Assembly (NCBI GenBank): GCA_031547725.1
Contig: JAVBRT010000032.1
Coordinates: 10,075 to 74,074, forward strand
DNA: 64,000 nt
Direction of reading: 5' to 3'
Origin: Azonexus sp.
GTDB taxonomy: Bacteria > Pseudomonadota > Gammaproteobacteria > Burkholderiales > Rhodocyclaceae
Position 1 is the stretch's first letter. Each line of letters begins with the position of its first letter. The notes under the pieces were generated by a model, which ran no database searches, was not told where the DNA came from, and saw only the letters and a program-made list of their open reading frames with translations. Below, piece after piece: positions 26,737 to 37,056 of the stretch. A program made the position numbers and the translations under genes.

Positions 26737-27963
26737 ATGGCCTCGAATCTTTTCTTGCTTGCCCTGAGAAACGTCTTCCGTCAGCGAGCACGCTCGGCAG
26801 CCACGCTCACCGCCATCGCCATTGGCGTCGCCGGCCTGATCCTCACCGGGGGCTTCGTCCAGGATATTTTCATCCAGCTTGGCGAAGCCATCATCCATTC
26901 ACAGACGGGGCACATTCAGGTCACCCGCAATGGCTACCGGGAAGGACGTCTCAAAGCTCCGGAAAAATATTTGATCGAGCAACCTGGGCAACTGCGCAAG
27001 ACCTTGTTGCAAACAGTCCCGGAAGCGAGTTCGATCATGGCTCGCCTGAGTTTCTCCGGCGTTCTCAACAATGGCCGGCGCGATCTCGGCATCATCGGCG
27101 AAGGGATAGAACCATCGGCCGAGGCCAATATCGGCACCTACTTGCGTTACATCGAAGGACGCGCGCTCACCGACGAAGATATAGATGGCATTGCCATAGG
27201 CCAGGGCGTTGCCCGCTCACTGGGTCTCAAAGTGGGCGATCGCGTGACACTGCTGATGACTCTCTCGGCTGGCGCCGTAAATACGCTCGACTTCGAAGTG
27301 ACGGGGATTTTTCAAAGCTTCTCTCGTGAATTTGATGCACGCGCCGTCCGCATCTCGCTGGAGTCAGCCCGAGCGCTAATGGATACGCCGTCGGCCCATT
27401 TAATGGTGATGATGTTGAGGGAAACCGAGGCAACCGCCACTGCGGCTCTGCGACTGAAACAACAATTGGCCGGCCAAGGATTTGAAATCAGTACCTGGAA
27501 CGAACTCTCGGATTTTTACGAAAAAACAGTTGAACTCTACGACCGCCAGTTTGGCGTCCTGCGTCTGATCATCCTGATCATGGTTCTGCTCAGTGTCGTC
27601 AATAGTGTCAATATGAGCTTGTTTGAACGCACCCGCGAGTTCGGGACAATGCTGGCGGTAGGCGATCGTTCGAGCACCATTTTCAAACTGATCATGACCG
27701 AAAGCATCTGCTTGGGAGTGATCGGTGCGCTATTCGGCATGCTGCTCGGATGCCTTGCCGCCATCGCCATATCGGCCATCGGCATCCCGATGCCCCCGCC
27801 GCCCAATGCCAACCTCGGCTATACCGCCACCATCCGCATCGTCCCCGGGATTGTCGCCATGTCGGGCCTCACCGGGTTCATCGCAGCGATATTGGCCACC
27901 ATCATGCCGGCGCGCCGCGCCACTCGCCTCGATATCGTGGACGCGCTACGCCAAGGCTTTTGA
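26737..27963 (+). CDS. FtsX/LolC-type ABC permease (paralog)
   Basis: LALRNVFRQRAR, ERTREFGTMLAVG, IGIPMPPPP (shared with the first permease), PARRATRLDIVDALR; starts immediately after the previous stop. Confidence 0.9.
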   Translation: MASNLFLLALRNVFRQRARSAATLTAIAIGVAGLILTGGFVQDIFIQLGEAIIHSQTGHIQVTRNGYREGRLKAPEKYLIEQPGQLRKTLLQTVPEASSIMARLSFSGVLNNGRRDLGIIGEGIEPSAEANIGTYLRYIEGRALTDEDIDGIAIGQGVARSLGLKVGDRVTLLMTLSAGAVNTLDFEVTGIFQSFSREFDARAVRISLESARALMDTPSAHLMVMMLRETEATATAALRLKQQLAGQGFEISTWNELSDFYEKTVELYDRQFGVLRLIILIMVLLSVVNSVNMSLFERTREFGTMLAVGDRSSTIFKLIMTESICLGVIGALFGMLLGCLAAIAISAIGIPMPPPPNANLGYTATIRIVPGIVAMSGLTGFIAAILATIMPARRATRLDIVDALRQGF

Positions 27964-28092
27964 ATGCAAGCGTGAAATACTGCGCAGGGAAAGCATCGCC
28001 AAAAGGCAATTTGGGGCGCTTTCCGTTATGATTGTGGCCTATTTACCAGGTACTGTACGCCAGTCCAGTGAGCATACCGACGGAGAAACTCC

Positions 28093-28710
28093 ATGAATGG
28101 AAATATCATTAAAATCACCAGCCTATGGATCGCTACTGCCACTGCATTCGTGATTTCCGGCTGTGCCAACAACTATCCCGCGGCCCCCGCTTCGGCCGCG
28201 TCCGCCGAGTACAGTTACAAGATCGGCCCCGGCGACAATCTCAATATCGTCGTCTGGCGCAACCCGGAATTGTCGATGTCGGTTCCCGTTCGCCCGGATG
28301 GCAAAATCTCCGCCCCCCTTATTGATGACCTCAATGCCATGGGCAAGGATTCGACCAGTCTTGCCCGCGACATCGAGAAGGAATTGGCAAAATTCATCCG
28401 CGACCCGGTGGTCACGGTCATCGTGACTGGCTTTGTCGGTCCGTATAGCGAACAGATCCGCGTCATCGGCGAAGCGGCCAAACCGCAGATTCTCGCCTAC
28501 AAGCAGAAAATGACGCTGCTTGATGTGATGATCGCCGTGGGCGGCATTACCGATTTCGCCGACGGCAACCGCGCCACCATCCTGCGCACCGGCGACAGCA
28601 ACGCCCAGTACAGCGTTCGCCTCAAGGATCTGGTCAAGGGCGGCGACGTTTCGGCCAATGTCGAAATGAAACCCGGCGACGTACTGATCATCCCGCAGAG
28701 CTGGTTCTGA
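28093..28710 (+). CDS. XrtA/PEP-CTERM system polysaccharide export lipoprotein (Wza/OPX; TIGR03027-like)
   Basis: Lipobox VISGC, YKIGPGDNLNIVVW, VRPDGKISAPL, SLBB domain, PGDVLIIPQSWF. Confidence 0.92.
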   Translation: MNGNIIKITSLWIATATAFVISGCANNYPAAPASAASAEYSYKIGPGDNLNIVVWRNPELSMSVPVRPDGKISAPLIDDLNAMGKDSTSLARDIEKELAKFIRDPVVTVIVTGFVGPYSEQIRVIGEAAKPQILAYKQKMTLLDVMIAVGGITDFADGNRATILRTGDSNAQYSVRLKDLVKGGDVSANVEMKPGDVLIIPQSWF

Positions 28711-28776
28711 TCCGACCGTTTCAATGATGCATGCCGCCCTGTTTGATGTCGGGGCGGCAACAAGCTTGGACTCCCA

Positions 28777-30336
28777 ATGGAAGAGATTCTCCGCCAAGCC
28801 CAGACCATTCTGCGCGCAACCTGGAAGCACCGCCGCCTCGGCATGCTGGTTGCGTGGGTCGTGGGCGCCGTTGCCGCCGGCATCATCCTGCGCATACCGG
28901 ATCGCTACGAAGCGTCGGCCCGCATCTTCGTCGACACCCAGTCGATCCTCAAGCCGCTGATGTCCGGCCTGGCAGTACAGCCGAACATCGAACAGCAGGT
29001 GATGATGCTCAGCCGGACGCTGATCAGCCGGCCGAATATCGAGAAACTGATCCGCATGGCCGATCTTGATCTCAACATCAAGGGCAAAGCGGAACAGGAA
29101 GCCCTGATCGACAACCTGAGCAAAACGCTGAAAATTCAGAGTGTCGGTCGCGACAATCTGTACACGCTGTCGTACCAGGACCCCGATCCGGCCAAGGCAC
29201 AGCGCGTCGTCCAGGGGCTGGTGTCGATCTTTGTCGAATCCAGCCTCGGCAGCAAGCGCCAGGACTCGGATTCGGCACGCAAATTCATCGAGGACCAGAT
29301 CCGCAATTACGAGAACAAACTCCAGGAAGCGGAAAATCGTCTCAAGGAATTCAAGCTGCGCAACATCGACCTGCAGACCGGTGAAGGCAAGACCAGCGTC
29401 GACCGTTTGTCCGAACTGACGGTGATGCTCAGCACATCCCGCCTGGCCCTGCGCGAAGCGCAAAACTCGCGCGACTCCCTGCGCCGCCAGATCATCGGCG
29501 AGGAGCCGGTACTGCTGCCGGAAGCCCCCGGTGCCGACTCCGGCATCTCGCTGCCGGAAATCGACGGGCGCATCGACACGCAAAAACGCAATCTCGACGC
29601 CTTGCTGCAGCGCTATACCGAGCAACATCCGGACGTCGTCGGCACCCGCCGGCTGATCAAGGATCTCGAGGAACAGAAACGCCAGGAATTGGTGGCGCGC
29701 AAAAAATTCGCGGCCAACAACCCCGGCTCCTCGATCAGCAACAACCCGGTCTATCAGCAGCTGAAAATCTCCCTGGCCGAAGCTGAAGCCAACGTCGCCT
29801 CGTTGCAGGCACGTGTCTCGGAATATGAAGATCGCTACAAGCGGCTGACTGACCTGATGCGGACCCAACCGCAACTGGAAGCGGAGTTTGCCCAGTTGAA
29901 CCGCGATTACGACATTCACAAGAAAAATTACGAACAACTGGTCACCCGCCGCGAATCGGCCGAACTTTCCGGCGACTTGGAAGCGGCCGGTTCGGTGGCC
30001 GATTTTCGCCTGATCGACCCGCCGCGCGCCTCGCAGAAACCGGTCGCACCGAACCGCATGCTGCTGTTCCCGCTCGGTCTGCTGCTCGGCTTGGCTGCCG
30101 GCCTGTTTACCGCCTTTGTCGCCAGCCAGGTCCGGCCGGTGTTCTTCGAAGGCAAATCCCTGCGCGAGGCCACCGGCCTGCCGCTGCTCGGCACCGTCTC
30201 GCTGATTTCGAACGAAGCCCGCCGCCTCAAGGAAAGATCGAGCCTGCGCCGCTTCTCGCTGGCCACCGCCGGATTGTTCGCCGCCTACGGCGCCGGCATG
30301 GCCGCGCTCTTCCTACTTTCCCAACGTGCTGCCTGA
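28777..30336 (+). CDS. XrtA system polysaccharide chain-length determinant (Wzc/GumC-like; TIGR03007-like)
   Basis: Two TMs flanking a coiled coil; PDRYEASARIFVDTQSILKPL, YTEQHPDV, FRLIDPP. Confidence 0.92.
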   Translation: MEEILRQAQTILRATWKHRRLGMLVAWVVGAVAAGIILRIPDRYEASARIFVDTQSILKPLMSGLAVQPNIEQQVMMLSRTLISRPNIEKLIRMADLDLNIKGKAEQEALIDNLSKTLKIQSVGRDNLYTLSYQDPDPAKAQRVVQGLVSIFVESSLGSKRQDSDSARKFIEDQIRNYENKLQEAENRLKEFKLRNIDLQTGEGKTSVDRLSELTVMLSTSRLALREAQNSRDSLRRQIIGEEPVLLPEAPGADSGISLPEIDGRIDTQKRNLDALLQRYTEQHPDVVGTRRLIKDLEEQKRQELVARKKFAANNPGSSISNNPVYQQLKISLAEAEANVASLQARVSEYEDRYKRLTDLMRTQPQLEAEFAQLNRDYDIHKKNYEQLVTRRESAELSGDLEAAGSVADFRLIDPPRASQKPVAPNRMLLFPLGLLLGLAAGLFTAFVASQVRPVFFEGKSLREATGLPLLGTVSLISNEARRLKERSSLRRFSLATAGLFAAYGAGMAALFLLSQRAA

Positions 30337-30345
30337 AGGTAATCG

Positions 30346-31281
30346 ATGAGTCTGATTGAACAAGCAGCCAAGCGCCTGGAACAGCTGCGCCAGGCCGGCG
30401 TCGAGTTGCCCGAGGAACCCAGCCCACCGGCCGGCCGGCCGGGGCGAGGCAAGGCGGTCATTGGCGACACCGATCCTTACGCCGTTGCGATCGTCCCACC
30501 CAAGCCCGCGGGCGAAGAAAAAAAGGCGGCAACGGTATCCAAGCGGATCGAGCTCAATCTCGACGCCATTTCGGCGTCCGGCCTGCTGGTCCCGCAAGCC
30601 ACCCGCAGCCAGTTGGCGGACGAGTTCCGCGTCATCAAACGGCCGTTGATCGCCAACGCCATGGGCAAAAGCGGCGAAGCGCTCCCCAACGGTAATCTGA
30701 TCATGGTCACCAGTGCCTTGCCGGGGGAAGGCAAAAGCTTCACCGCCATCAACCTGGCCATCAGCATCGCCATGGAGCTCGACAACACGGTGATGCTGGT
30801 CGATGCCGACGTGGCCCGCCCGTCGGTCCTCAACATGCTGGGCCTGCCGCCGGCTCCCGGCCTGCTCGACGTGGTCGACAAGAATTCGGTCGACATTTCC
30901 GGCGTCCTGATGCGCACCAATATCGAGAAGCTGTCGCTCCTGCCCAGCGGCACCCAGCATCCGCGCGCCACCGAGCTGCTGGCCAGCGACGCCATGGTCC
31001 GCCTGCTCGACGACATGGCCAGCCGCTACAACGACCGCATCATCATCTTCGATTCGCCCCCCTTGCTACTGACTACCGAATCGCGAGTCCTCGCCACGCA
31101 CATGGGACAGATCGTCATTGTCGTCCATGCCGAGAGCACCACCCAGGCCGCCGTCAAGCAGGCCGTCGACACGATCGAAGCCTGTCCGGTCAAGATGATG
31201 GTCCTCAATCAGGCGCGCCAGGCATCCTCCGACGGCTACGGTTATGGCTACGGCTACGGATATGGGCATGAAAAGAAATAG
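30346..31281 (+). CDS. XrtA-associated bacterial tyrosine autokinase (TIGR03018-like)
   Basis: Walker A SALPGEGKS, A' LVDADV, B IIFDSPP; C-terminal Tyr cluster GYGYGYGYGY. Confidence 0.93.
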   Translation: MSLIEQAAKRLEQLRQAGVELPEEPSPPAGRPGRGKAVIGDTDPYAVAIVPPKPAGEEKKAATVSKRIELNLDAISASGLLVPQATRSQLADEFRVIKRPLIANAMGKSGEALPNGNLIMVTSALPGEGKSFTAINLAISIAMELDNTVMLVDADVARPSVLNMLGLPPAPGLLDVVDKNSVDISGVLMRTNIEKLSLLPSGTQHPRATELLASDAMVRLLDDMASRYNDRIIIFDSPPLLLTTESRVLATHMGQIVIVVHAESTTQAAVKQAVDTIEACPVKMMVLNQARQASSDGYGYGYGYGYGHEKK

Positions 31282-32887
31282 GCTACCGGCTGTTCATCCG
31301 CTGACGCTTGTCCTTCTGCTGAGCCTCTCGCTACCGGCCGTCGCCCAGCAGGATGTTGCCGGCGCCCTGGCGACACCGGGCATCGGCATGCCGGGCGAGG
31401 TCGCCGGGGAGAACCAAGATGGCTCAGCCCCCCAGGGAACCCGGCGGGCCTGGTCGATCTCGCCGCGGATCGGCCTGTCGCTGACCGCCACCGACCATGC
31501 CGACGTCAGCAGCAATGCCCGCAGCCAAAGCGATCTGATCACCGAAATTTCCCCCGGCATCCACATCGAGGCGCGAACCGTCCGCCTGCAGGGCTACCTC
31601 GATTACTCGCTGCGCGGCCAGTTCTATTCGCAGAGCAACGAAAACCGGCACCAGAACGCCCTCAACGCCTTCGCCACGCTGGAAGCCATAGACAACTGGC
31701 TCTTCGTCGACGTCAGCGGCAACATCGCGCAGCAGGCCATTTCCGCCTTCGGCCCGCAATCCCCCGGCGATACCTCGATCAACAGCAACAGCACGGAAAG
31801 TTCGACCTACCGCATCTCGCCTTATATCCGCGGCAACATCGGCGGCCAGGTCGACTACATGCTCCGCTACAACACCTCGGCCACCCGGGCGGACGAATCG
31901 ACGGTGTCCGATCTCGACGTCTCCCAATGGATCGGCCAACTGCGTGGCAGCACGCCATTCCACAGTCTGCGCTGGACCATCGACGCCAACCGCCAGACCA
32001 CCGACTACGCCCAGGGCCGCGAAACCGACGCCGATCTGGCGCGCCTGCTGCTCACCTACCTGATCACCCCGCAATTCAGCATTTCCGCCAGCACCGGCTG
32101 GGAGCGCAACAACTACGCCTCGCTGGATGACGAAAGCACCAGCACCCACGGCTACGGCTTCGACTGGAACCCGACGCCGCGCACCCAGATATCCGCTTTC
32201 AAGGAACGCCGCTTCTTCGGCGATGGCCACCGCCTGAGCGTCAGCCACCGTTTTCCGATGAGCAGCATCCGCTATACCGACACCCGCGACGTTTCGGTCC
32301 TGCCCAACCAGTTCGCCACGGCGGGAATGGGTACCCTGTATGACATGTATTTCCAGCATTTCGCCAACCAGATTCCCGATCCGATCATCCGCGCCGCCTA
32401 CGTCAATGCCTTGCTGGCTATAGCCGGCATAGACCCCAATCGCCAAGTGGTGGGCGGTTTCATGTCCTCGCAAGCCAGCGAACAGCGGCAGCAACAACTG
32501 GCCTTCGTGCTGTTCGGCGCCCGCAACTCGCTGACGCTGCAACTCAACCGCAGCGAGAACTCGTCGATTGCCACGGCCCTGTCCCAGGTTGCCGACGATC
32601 TTTCACGCAGTTCGATGATTCGCCAGAAAGGCGTCAGCCTGACCTTCTCGCACCATCTGAGCGCCCTCTCCAGCCTCAACGTCACGGCCAGCCGGCAGAA
32701 GAGCAGCGGCAACCAAACCGGCGCCAATGATCTGGAAACCACGACCACCCTCTTCCAAGCCAGCCTGGCCACCAAGCTCGGGGCCAAGACCAACGGCTCG
32801 CTCAGCGTGCGCCATGCGAAGTACGAAGACGATATCAACCCGTACACCGAAAACGCCCTGATCGCCACTCTCACCTACACCTACTAA
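31268..32887 (+). CDS. PEP-CTERM system outer-membrane beta-barrel (TIGR03016-like)
   Basis: Start MKRNRL at 31268; signal peptide; beta-strand pattern; C-terminal TLTYTY; conserved position between the kinase and the ATPase. Confidence 0.85.
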   Translation: MKRNRLPAVHPLTLVLLLSLSLPAVAQQDVAGALATPGIGMPGEVAGENQDGSAPQGTRRAWSISPRIGLSLTATDHADVSSNARSQSDLITEISPGIHIEARTVRLQGYLDYSLRGQFYSQSNENRHQNALNAFATLEAIDNWLFVDVSGNIAQQAISAFGPQSPGDTSINSNSTESSTYRISPYIRGNIGGQVDYMLRYNTSATRADESTVSDLDVSQWIGQLRGSTPFHSLRWTIDANRQTTDYAQGRETDADLARLLLTYLITPQFSISASTGWERNNYASLDDESTSTHGYGFDWNPTPRTQISAFKERRFFGDGHRLSVSHRFPMSSIRYTDTRDVSVLPNQFATAGMGTLYDMYFQHFANQIPDPIIRAAYVNALLAIAGIDPNRQVVGGFMSSQASEQRQQQLAFVLFGARNSLTLQLNRSENSSIATALSQVADDLSRSSMIRQKGVSLTFSHHLSALSSLNVTASRQKSSGNQTGANDLETTTTLFQASLATKLGAKTNGSLSVRHAKYEDDINPYTENALIATLTYTY

Positions 32888-32890
32888 CGC

Positions 32891-33997
32891 ATGTATGAAG
32901 CTTTCTACGGCTTGAGCAGCAAGCCTTTCCAGCTCAATCCGGACCCCTCGTTCTATTTCGGCAGCAAGCAGCACCGCCGGGCCGCCGCCTACCTCAACTA
33001 CGGCATGCACCAGAACGAGGGTTTCATCATCATCACCGGCGAAGTCGGCGCCGGCAAGACGACCATCGTCCGCGGCATGCTCGACAGCCTCGATCAAAGG
33101 AAAGTGGTTGCCGCCCATCTGGTCAGCACCCAGCTCGATGCCGACGATACGCTGCGGCTGGTCGGCGCAGCCTTCGGCTTGCGTACCAAGGACGTCTCCA
33201 AGGCCGACGTGCTGATGTCGCTGGAAGCCTTCCTGATCAGCGCCACCAGCAAGGGCAAACGCTGCCTGCTGATCGTCGACGAGGCGCAGAACCTCACCGC
33301 GCGCGCCGTCGAGGAATTGCGCATGCTGTCGAATTTCCAGTTCGGCAATCACGCCCTGCTGCAAAGCTATCTGATCGGCCAGCCCGAATTCCGCCAGATC
33401 CTGCAGAGTCCGCATATGATGCAATTCCGCCAGCGAGTCATCGCCGCCTGCCACATCGGTCCCCTCGACGTCGAGGAAACCCAGGCCTATATCGAGCACC
33501 GGCTGAAATGTGCCGGCTCCACCGGCTCGCCGACCCTCAGCGCCTCCGCCTACGAAGCTATCTTCAAGGCCAGCAGCGGCATTCCGCGGCGCATCAACTC
33601 GGTCTGCGACCGCCTGCTGCTGTTCGGCTACCTGAGCGGCAAGAAGGATTTCGACCTCGCCGACGTCGAGGAGGTCGCCCGCGAAATTCACGAGGAAACC
33701 ATGGGCGGCAGCACCCAAGTCGGCATCACCTATGCGCCGGCGACCCAAGGTAGCTTCTCGCCGTATCAGACCGGCAACCTGCAAGCGCTTGCCGATGGCG
33801 ATTACGGCAGCGACCCGGCCAGCACGCTGGCCGGCATGAACCTGCAGCAATTCGGCGAGCGCCTGGCCCGTCTCGAACGCAGCCTGCTGCAACTGGAAAA
33901 AATCAACAGCACGACGCTCTCGCTGCTGCAGCAACTGGTTGCCGACGGCCGGCAACTGACCAAGAAAACCACCCAAAGCGAAAAAAACGATGCCTGA
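32891..33997 (+). CDS. XrtA/PEP-CTERM system ExeA-like AAA ATPase (TIGR03015-like)
   Basis: MYEAFYGL..KPFQLNPDP, GEVGAGKTT, LIVDEAQNL, GIPRRIN. Confidence 0.92.
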   Translation: MYEAFYGLSSKPFQLNPDPSFYFGSKQHRRAAAYLNYGMHQNEGFIIITGEVGAGKTTIVRGMLDSLDQRKVVAAHLVSTQLDADDTLRLVGAAFGLRTKDVSKADVLMSLEAFLISATSKGKRCLLIVDEAQNLTARAVEELRMLSNFQFGNHALLQSYLIGQPEFRQILQSPHMMQFRQRVIAACHIGPLDVEETQAYIEHRLKCAGSTGSPTLSASAYEAIFKASSGIPRRINSVCDRLLLFGYLSGKKDFDLADVEEVAREIHEETMGGSTQVGITYAPATQGSFSPYQTGNLQALADGDYGSDPASTLAGMNLQQFGERLARLERSLLQLEKINSTTLSLLQQLVADGRQLTKKTTQSEKNDA

Positions 33998-35156
33998 AAC
34001 CTGGCCCTCCGATCTTGGCCCCGTCATTTGCGTGGTTGGCGCCCGGCCCAACTTCATGAAAATGGCGCCCATCCTGCGCGCCTTCGCCGCCCATGTGCCG
34101 GCCATTCCAACCCTGTTGCTGCACACCGGCCAGCATTACGACCGGGACATGAACGACCGCCTGTTCGAAGACCTGCGCCTGCCGCAGCCGGACATCAACC
34201 TGGAAGTCGGCTCCGGCTCGCATGCCGTGCAAACCGCCGAAGTCATGAAGCGTTTCGAGCCGGTGCTCGACGAGCGCAAACCTTCCTGCGTGCTGGTCGT
34301 CGGCGATGTCAATTCGACCCTGGCCTGCTCGCTGGTCGCCGCCAAGAAAGGCATTCCGGTGGTGCACGTCGAGGCCGGCCTGCGCAGCTACGACCGTGCC
34401 ATGCCGGAGGAGATCAACCGCGTCCTCACCGACCAGATCGCCGACCTGCTCTACACCACCGAGCGCAGCGCCGCCGACAACCTGGCCCGCGAGGGCATCG
34501 GCGCCGAGCGCGTGCGCTTCGTCGGCAACGTGATGATCGACTCCCTGCTCAGCAACCGCCAGTACGCCCGCGCGCCGGCGGCCAGCATCGCCGCCGGCGG
34601 CGGCGACCCGGCCCTGATCGCCGGCGCCGAGGGCTATGGCATCGTCACCCTGCATCGTCCGTCCAACGTCGACCATCCCGACATTCTCGCTTCGCTGCTC
34701 GGCGTCCTGCGCGAGATTTCCGAGCGCCTGCCGCTGGTGTTCGCGCTGCATCCGCGCACGCGTAGCAACATCGAGCGTTTCGGCCTGCAGCAATTGATCG
34801 ACACACCGCGCATGCTGATGCTGCCGCCCCAGGGCTACCTCGAAATGCTCGGCCTGATGGCCGGCGCGCGCATCGTGCTGACCGACTCCGGCGGCCTGCA
34901 GGAGGAAACCACGGCGCTCGGCGTCCCTTGCCTGACCATGCGCGAGAACACCGAGCGGCCGATCACCGTCGAGCAGGGCACCAACACCATGGTCGGCCGC
35001 GACATCGCGGCGATTCGCCGGCAGACGGCGGAAACCCTGGCCGGTCGCGGCAAGAGCGGCCGCGTGCCGGAATTGTGGGACGGCCGCGCCGCCGAGCGCA
35101 TCGCCGCCGATCTGGCCGGCTGGCTGATCGAACGCCACGCCGCCAGCAGCCGCTGA
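33990..35156 (+). CDS. wecB: UDP-N-acetylglucosamine 2-epimerase (non-hydrolysing)
   Basis: VGARPNFMK, HTGQHYD, HVEAGLRS, TDSGGLQEE, RENTERP. Confidence 0.94.
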   Translation: MPETWPSDLGPVICVVGARPNFMKMAPILRAFAAHVPAIPTLLLHTGQHYDRDMNDRLFEDLRLPQPDINLEVGSGSHAVQTAEVMKRFEPVLDERKPSCVLVVGDVNSTLACSLVAAKKGIPVVHVEAGLRSYDRAMPEEINRVLTDQIADLLYTTERSAADNLAREGIGAERVRFVGNVMIDSLLSNRQYARAPAASIAAGGGDPALIAGAEGYGIVTLHRPSNVDHPDILASLLGVLREISERLPLVFALHPRTRSNIERFGLQQLIDTPRMLMLPPQGYLEMLGLMAGARIVLTDSGGLQEETTALGVPCLTMRENTERPITVEQGTNTMVGRDIAAIRRQTAETLAGRGKSGRVPELWDGRAAERIAADLAGWLIERHAASSR

Positions 35157-35164
35157 GTATCGCC

Positions 35165-36004
35165 ATGTCCGCCCAGCCGACCCGCAACGCCTTTACCGTC
35201 GACGTCGAAGACTATTTCCAGGTCTCCGCCTTCGCACCGTACATAGCGCGCAGCGAGTGGCCGAGCCGCGAATGCCGCGTCGAGCGCAACGTCGAACGTA
35301 TCCTGGCCATGCTCGACGAACACGAGACCAAGGCCACTTTTTTCACGCTCGGCTGGATTGCCGAACGCTATCCCGAACTGATCCGCCGCATCGCCGCCGC
35401 CGGCCACGAGATCGCCAGCCACGGCTACGGCCACGAGCGGGCCAGCGATCAGACGCCGGACGGCTTCTATGCCGACATCAACGTCGCCAAGCTGCTCCTG
35501 GAAGACCTGACCGGCTGCGAAGTGCGCGGCTACCGGGCGCCGAGTTTCTCGATCGGCGAAAAGAACCTGTGGGCCTTCGAATGCCTGGAACGGGCCGGCT
35601 ATCGCTACAGTTCCAGCATCTACCCAATCCGCCACGACCATTACGGCATGCCCGACGCGCCGCGCCACGCCCACCGGATCGGCGAACTGATCGAAATCCC
35701 GGTCACCACGCTGCGCGCCTTCAACCGCAACTGGCCGGCCAGCGGCGGCGGCTATTTCCGGCTGCTGCCCTACGCCCTGTCGCGCTGGATGATCCAGCGC
35801 ATCAACGACGTCGACCAATTATCGGCGGTCTTCTACTTCCACCCCTGGGAGATCGACGTCGACCAACCGCGCATTCCCGGCATCAATGCCAAGACGCGCT
35901 TCCGCCATTACGTCAACATCGAGCACATGGAGCGACGCCTCCACCGTCTGCTGGCCGATTTTTCCTGGGGCCGGATGGACGACCTGTTTCTCGGCAACGC
36001 CTGA
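35165..36004 (+). CDS. XrtA system polysaccharide deacetylase (TIGR03006-like)
   Basis: Start ATG 35165; TVDVEDYFQV, ASHGYGH, GYRAPSFS, GGGYFR, FYFHPWEID. Confidence 0.92.
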   Translation: MSAQPTRNAFTVDVEDYFQVSAFAPYIARSEWPSRECRVERNVERILAMLDEHETKATFFTLGWIAERYPELIRRIAAAGHEIASHGYGHERASDQTPDGFYADINVAKLLLEDLTGCEVRGYRAPSFSIGEKNLWAFECLERAGYRYSSSIYPIRHDHYGMPDAPRHAHRIGELIEIPVTTLRAFNRNWPASGGGYFRLLPYALSRWMIQRINDVDQLSAVFYFHPWEIDVDQPRIPGINAKTRFRHYVNIEHMERRLHRLLADFSWGRMDDLFLGNA

Positions 36005-36009
36005 CTCAC

Positions 36010-37044
36010 ATGCAGATTGATCGCCTGGATCCCTCGGACAGTACGGCCGCGGCCCGCTGGGACGCGTTTGTCATGGCCTGTCCGGCCGCCACCTTCTTTC
36101 ACCGCGCGGCGTGGCAACAAATCATCAACGAGGTTTTCCGCCACCCCACATATTTCCTCTACGCCCACGACGGCGGCGGGATTCGCGGCGTACTGCCGCT
36201 CGCCCACGTCAACAGCCGGCTGTTCGGCAACGCGCTGATCGCCCTGCCCTTCGCCGTCTACGGTGGCGTCGCCGCCGACAGCGAGGCCGCCGCGACGGCG
36301 TTGGAGGAAGAGGCGCAGCGGCTGGCCGTCGGCCTCGGCGTCGACCACCTGGAGTTTCGCAACGTCGCCCCGCGCCATACCGATTGGCCGGCACAGGATC
36401 TGTACGTGACTTTCCGCAAGGAAATCCTGCCCGAGGTCGAAGCCAATATGCTGGCCATTCCGCGCAAGCAGCGGGCGATGGTGCGCAAGGGCATCAAGAA
36501 CGGCCTGCTCAGCCACATCGACGACAACGCCGATCGCTTCTTCGCGCTGTTCGCCGACAATGTCCATCGCCACGGCACGCCGGCCCTGCCCAAGCGCTAC
36601 TTCGAGACGCTGCTGCGCGTCTTCGGCCCGGACTGCGAGGTGCTCACCGTCACCGCGCCCGACGGCCGGCCGCTGAGCAGCGTGCTTTCCTTCTATTTCC
36701 GTGACGAGGTGCTGCCCTATTACGCCGGCGACGACGAGGCGGCACGCGATCTTGCGGCCAACGATTTCAAGTACTGGGAATTGATGCGTCGCGCCTGCGA
36801 ACGCGGCCTGCGCGTCTTCGACTACGGCCGCAGCAAGGTCGGCACCGGTCCCTACGCCTTCAAGAAGAACTGGGGGTTCGAAGCGCAGCCGCTGCATTAC
36901 GAATACTGCCTCTACAAACGCGACAGCATTCCGCAGAACAACCCCAGCAACGCCAAATACAAACTGTTCATCGCCGCCTGGCGGCGCCTGCCGCTTGGAC
37001 TGGCCAACCGGCTCGGACCGCTGATCGTCCGCAATCTGGGCTAG
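36010..37044 (+). CDS. FemAB-family XrtA/PEP-CTERM system protein (TIGR03019-like)
   Basis: Start ATG 36010; ATFFHRAAW, IPRKQRAMVRKG, FDYGRSK..GPYAFKKNWGF. Confidence 0.92.
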   Translation: MQIDRLDPSDSTAAARWDAFVMACPAATFFHRAAWQQIINEVFRHPTYFLYAHDGGGIRGVLPLAHVNSRLFGNALIALPFAVYGGVAADSEAAATALEEEAQRLAVGLGVDHLEFRNVAPRHTDWPAQDLYVTFRKEILPEVEANMLAIPRKQRAMVRKGIKNGLLSHIDDNADRFFALFADNVHRHGTPALPKRYFETLLRVFGPDCEVLTVTAPDGRPLSSVLSFYFRDEVLPYYAGDDEAARDLAANDFKYWELMRRACERGLRVFDYGRSKVGTGPYAFKKNWGFEAQPLHYEYCLYKRDSIPQNNPSNAKYKLFIAAWRRLPLGLANRLGPLIVRNLG

Positions 37045-37056
37045 GCAGCACATTTC

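Noticed and set aside
27964-28092. Sigma54 promoter upstream of the wza-like gene
   Set aside because: The GG..GC candidates I checked do not have -24/-12 spacing; only a weak TATGAT -10-like element is visible.
31233-31266. GGCTAC/GGTTAT-type short repeat as a possible contingency locus
   Set aside because: It encodes the normal Gly-Tyr autophosphorylation cluster of the BY-kinase, with synonymous variation between units.
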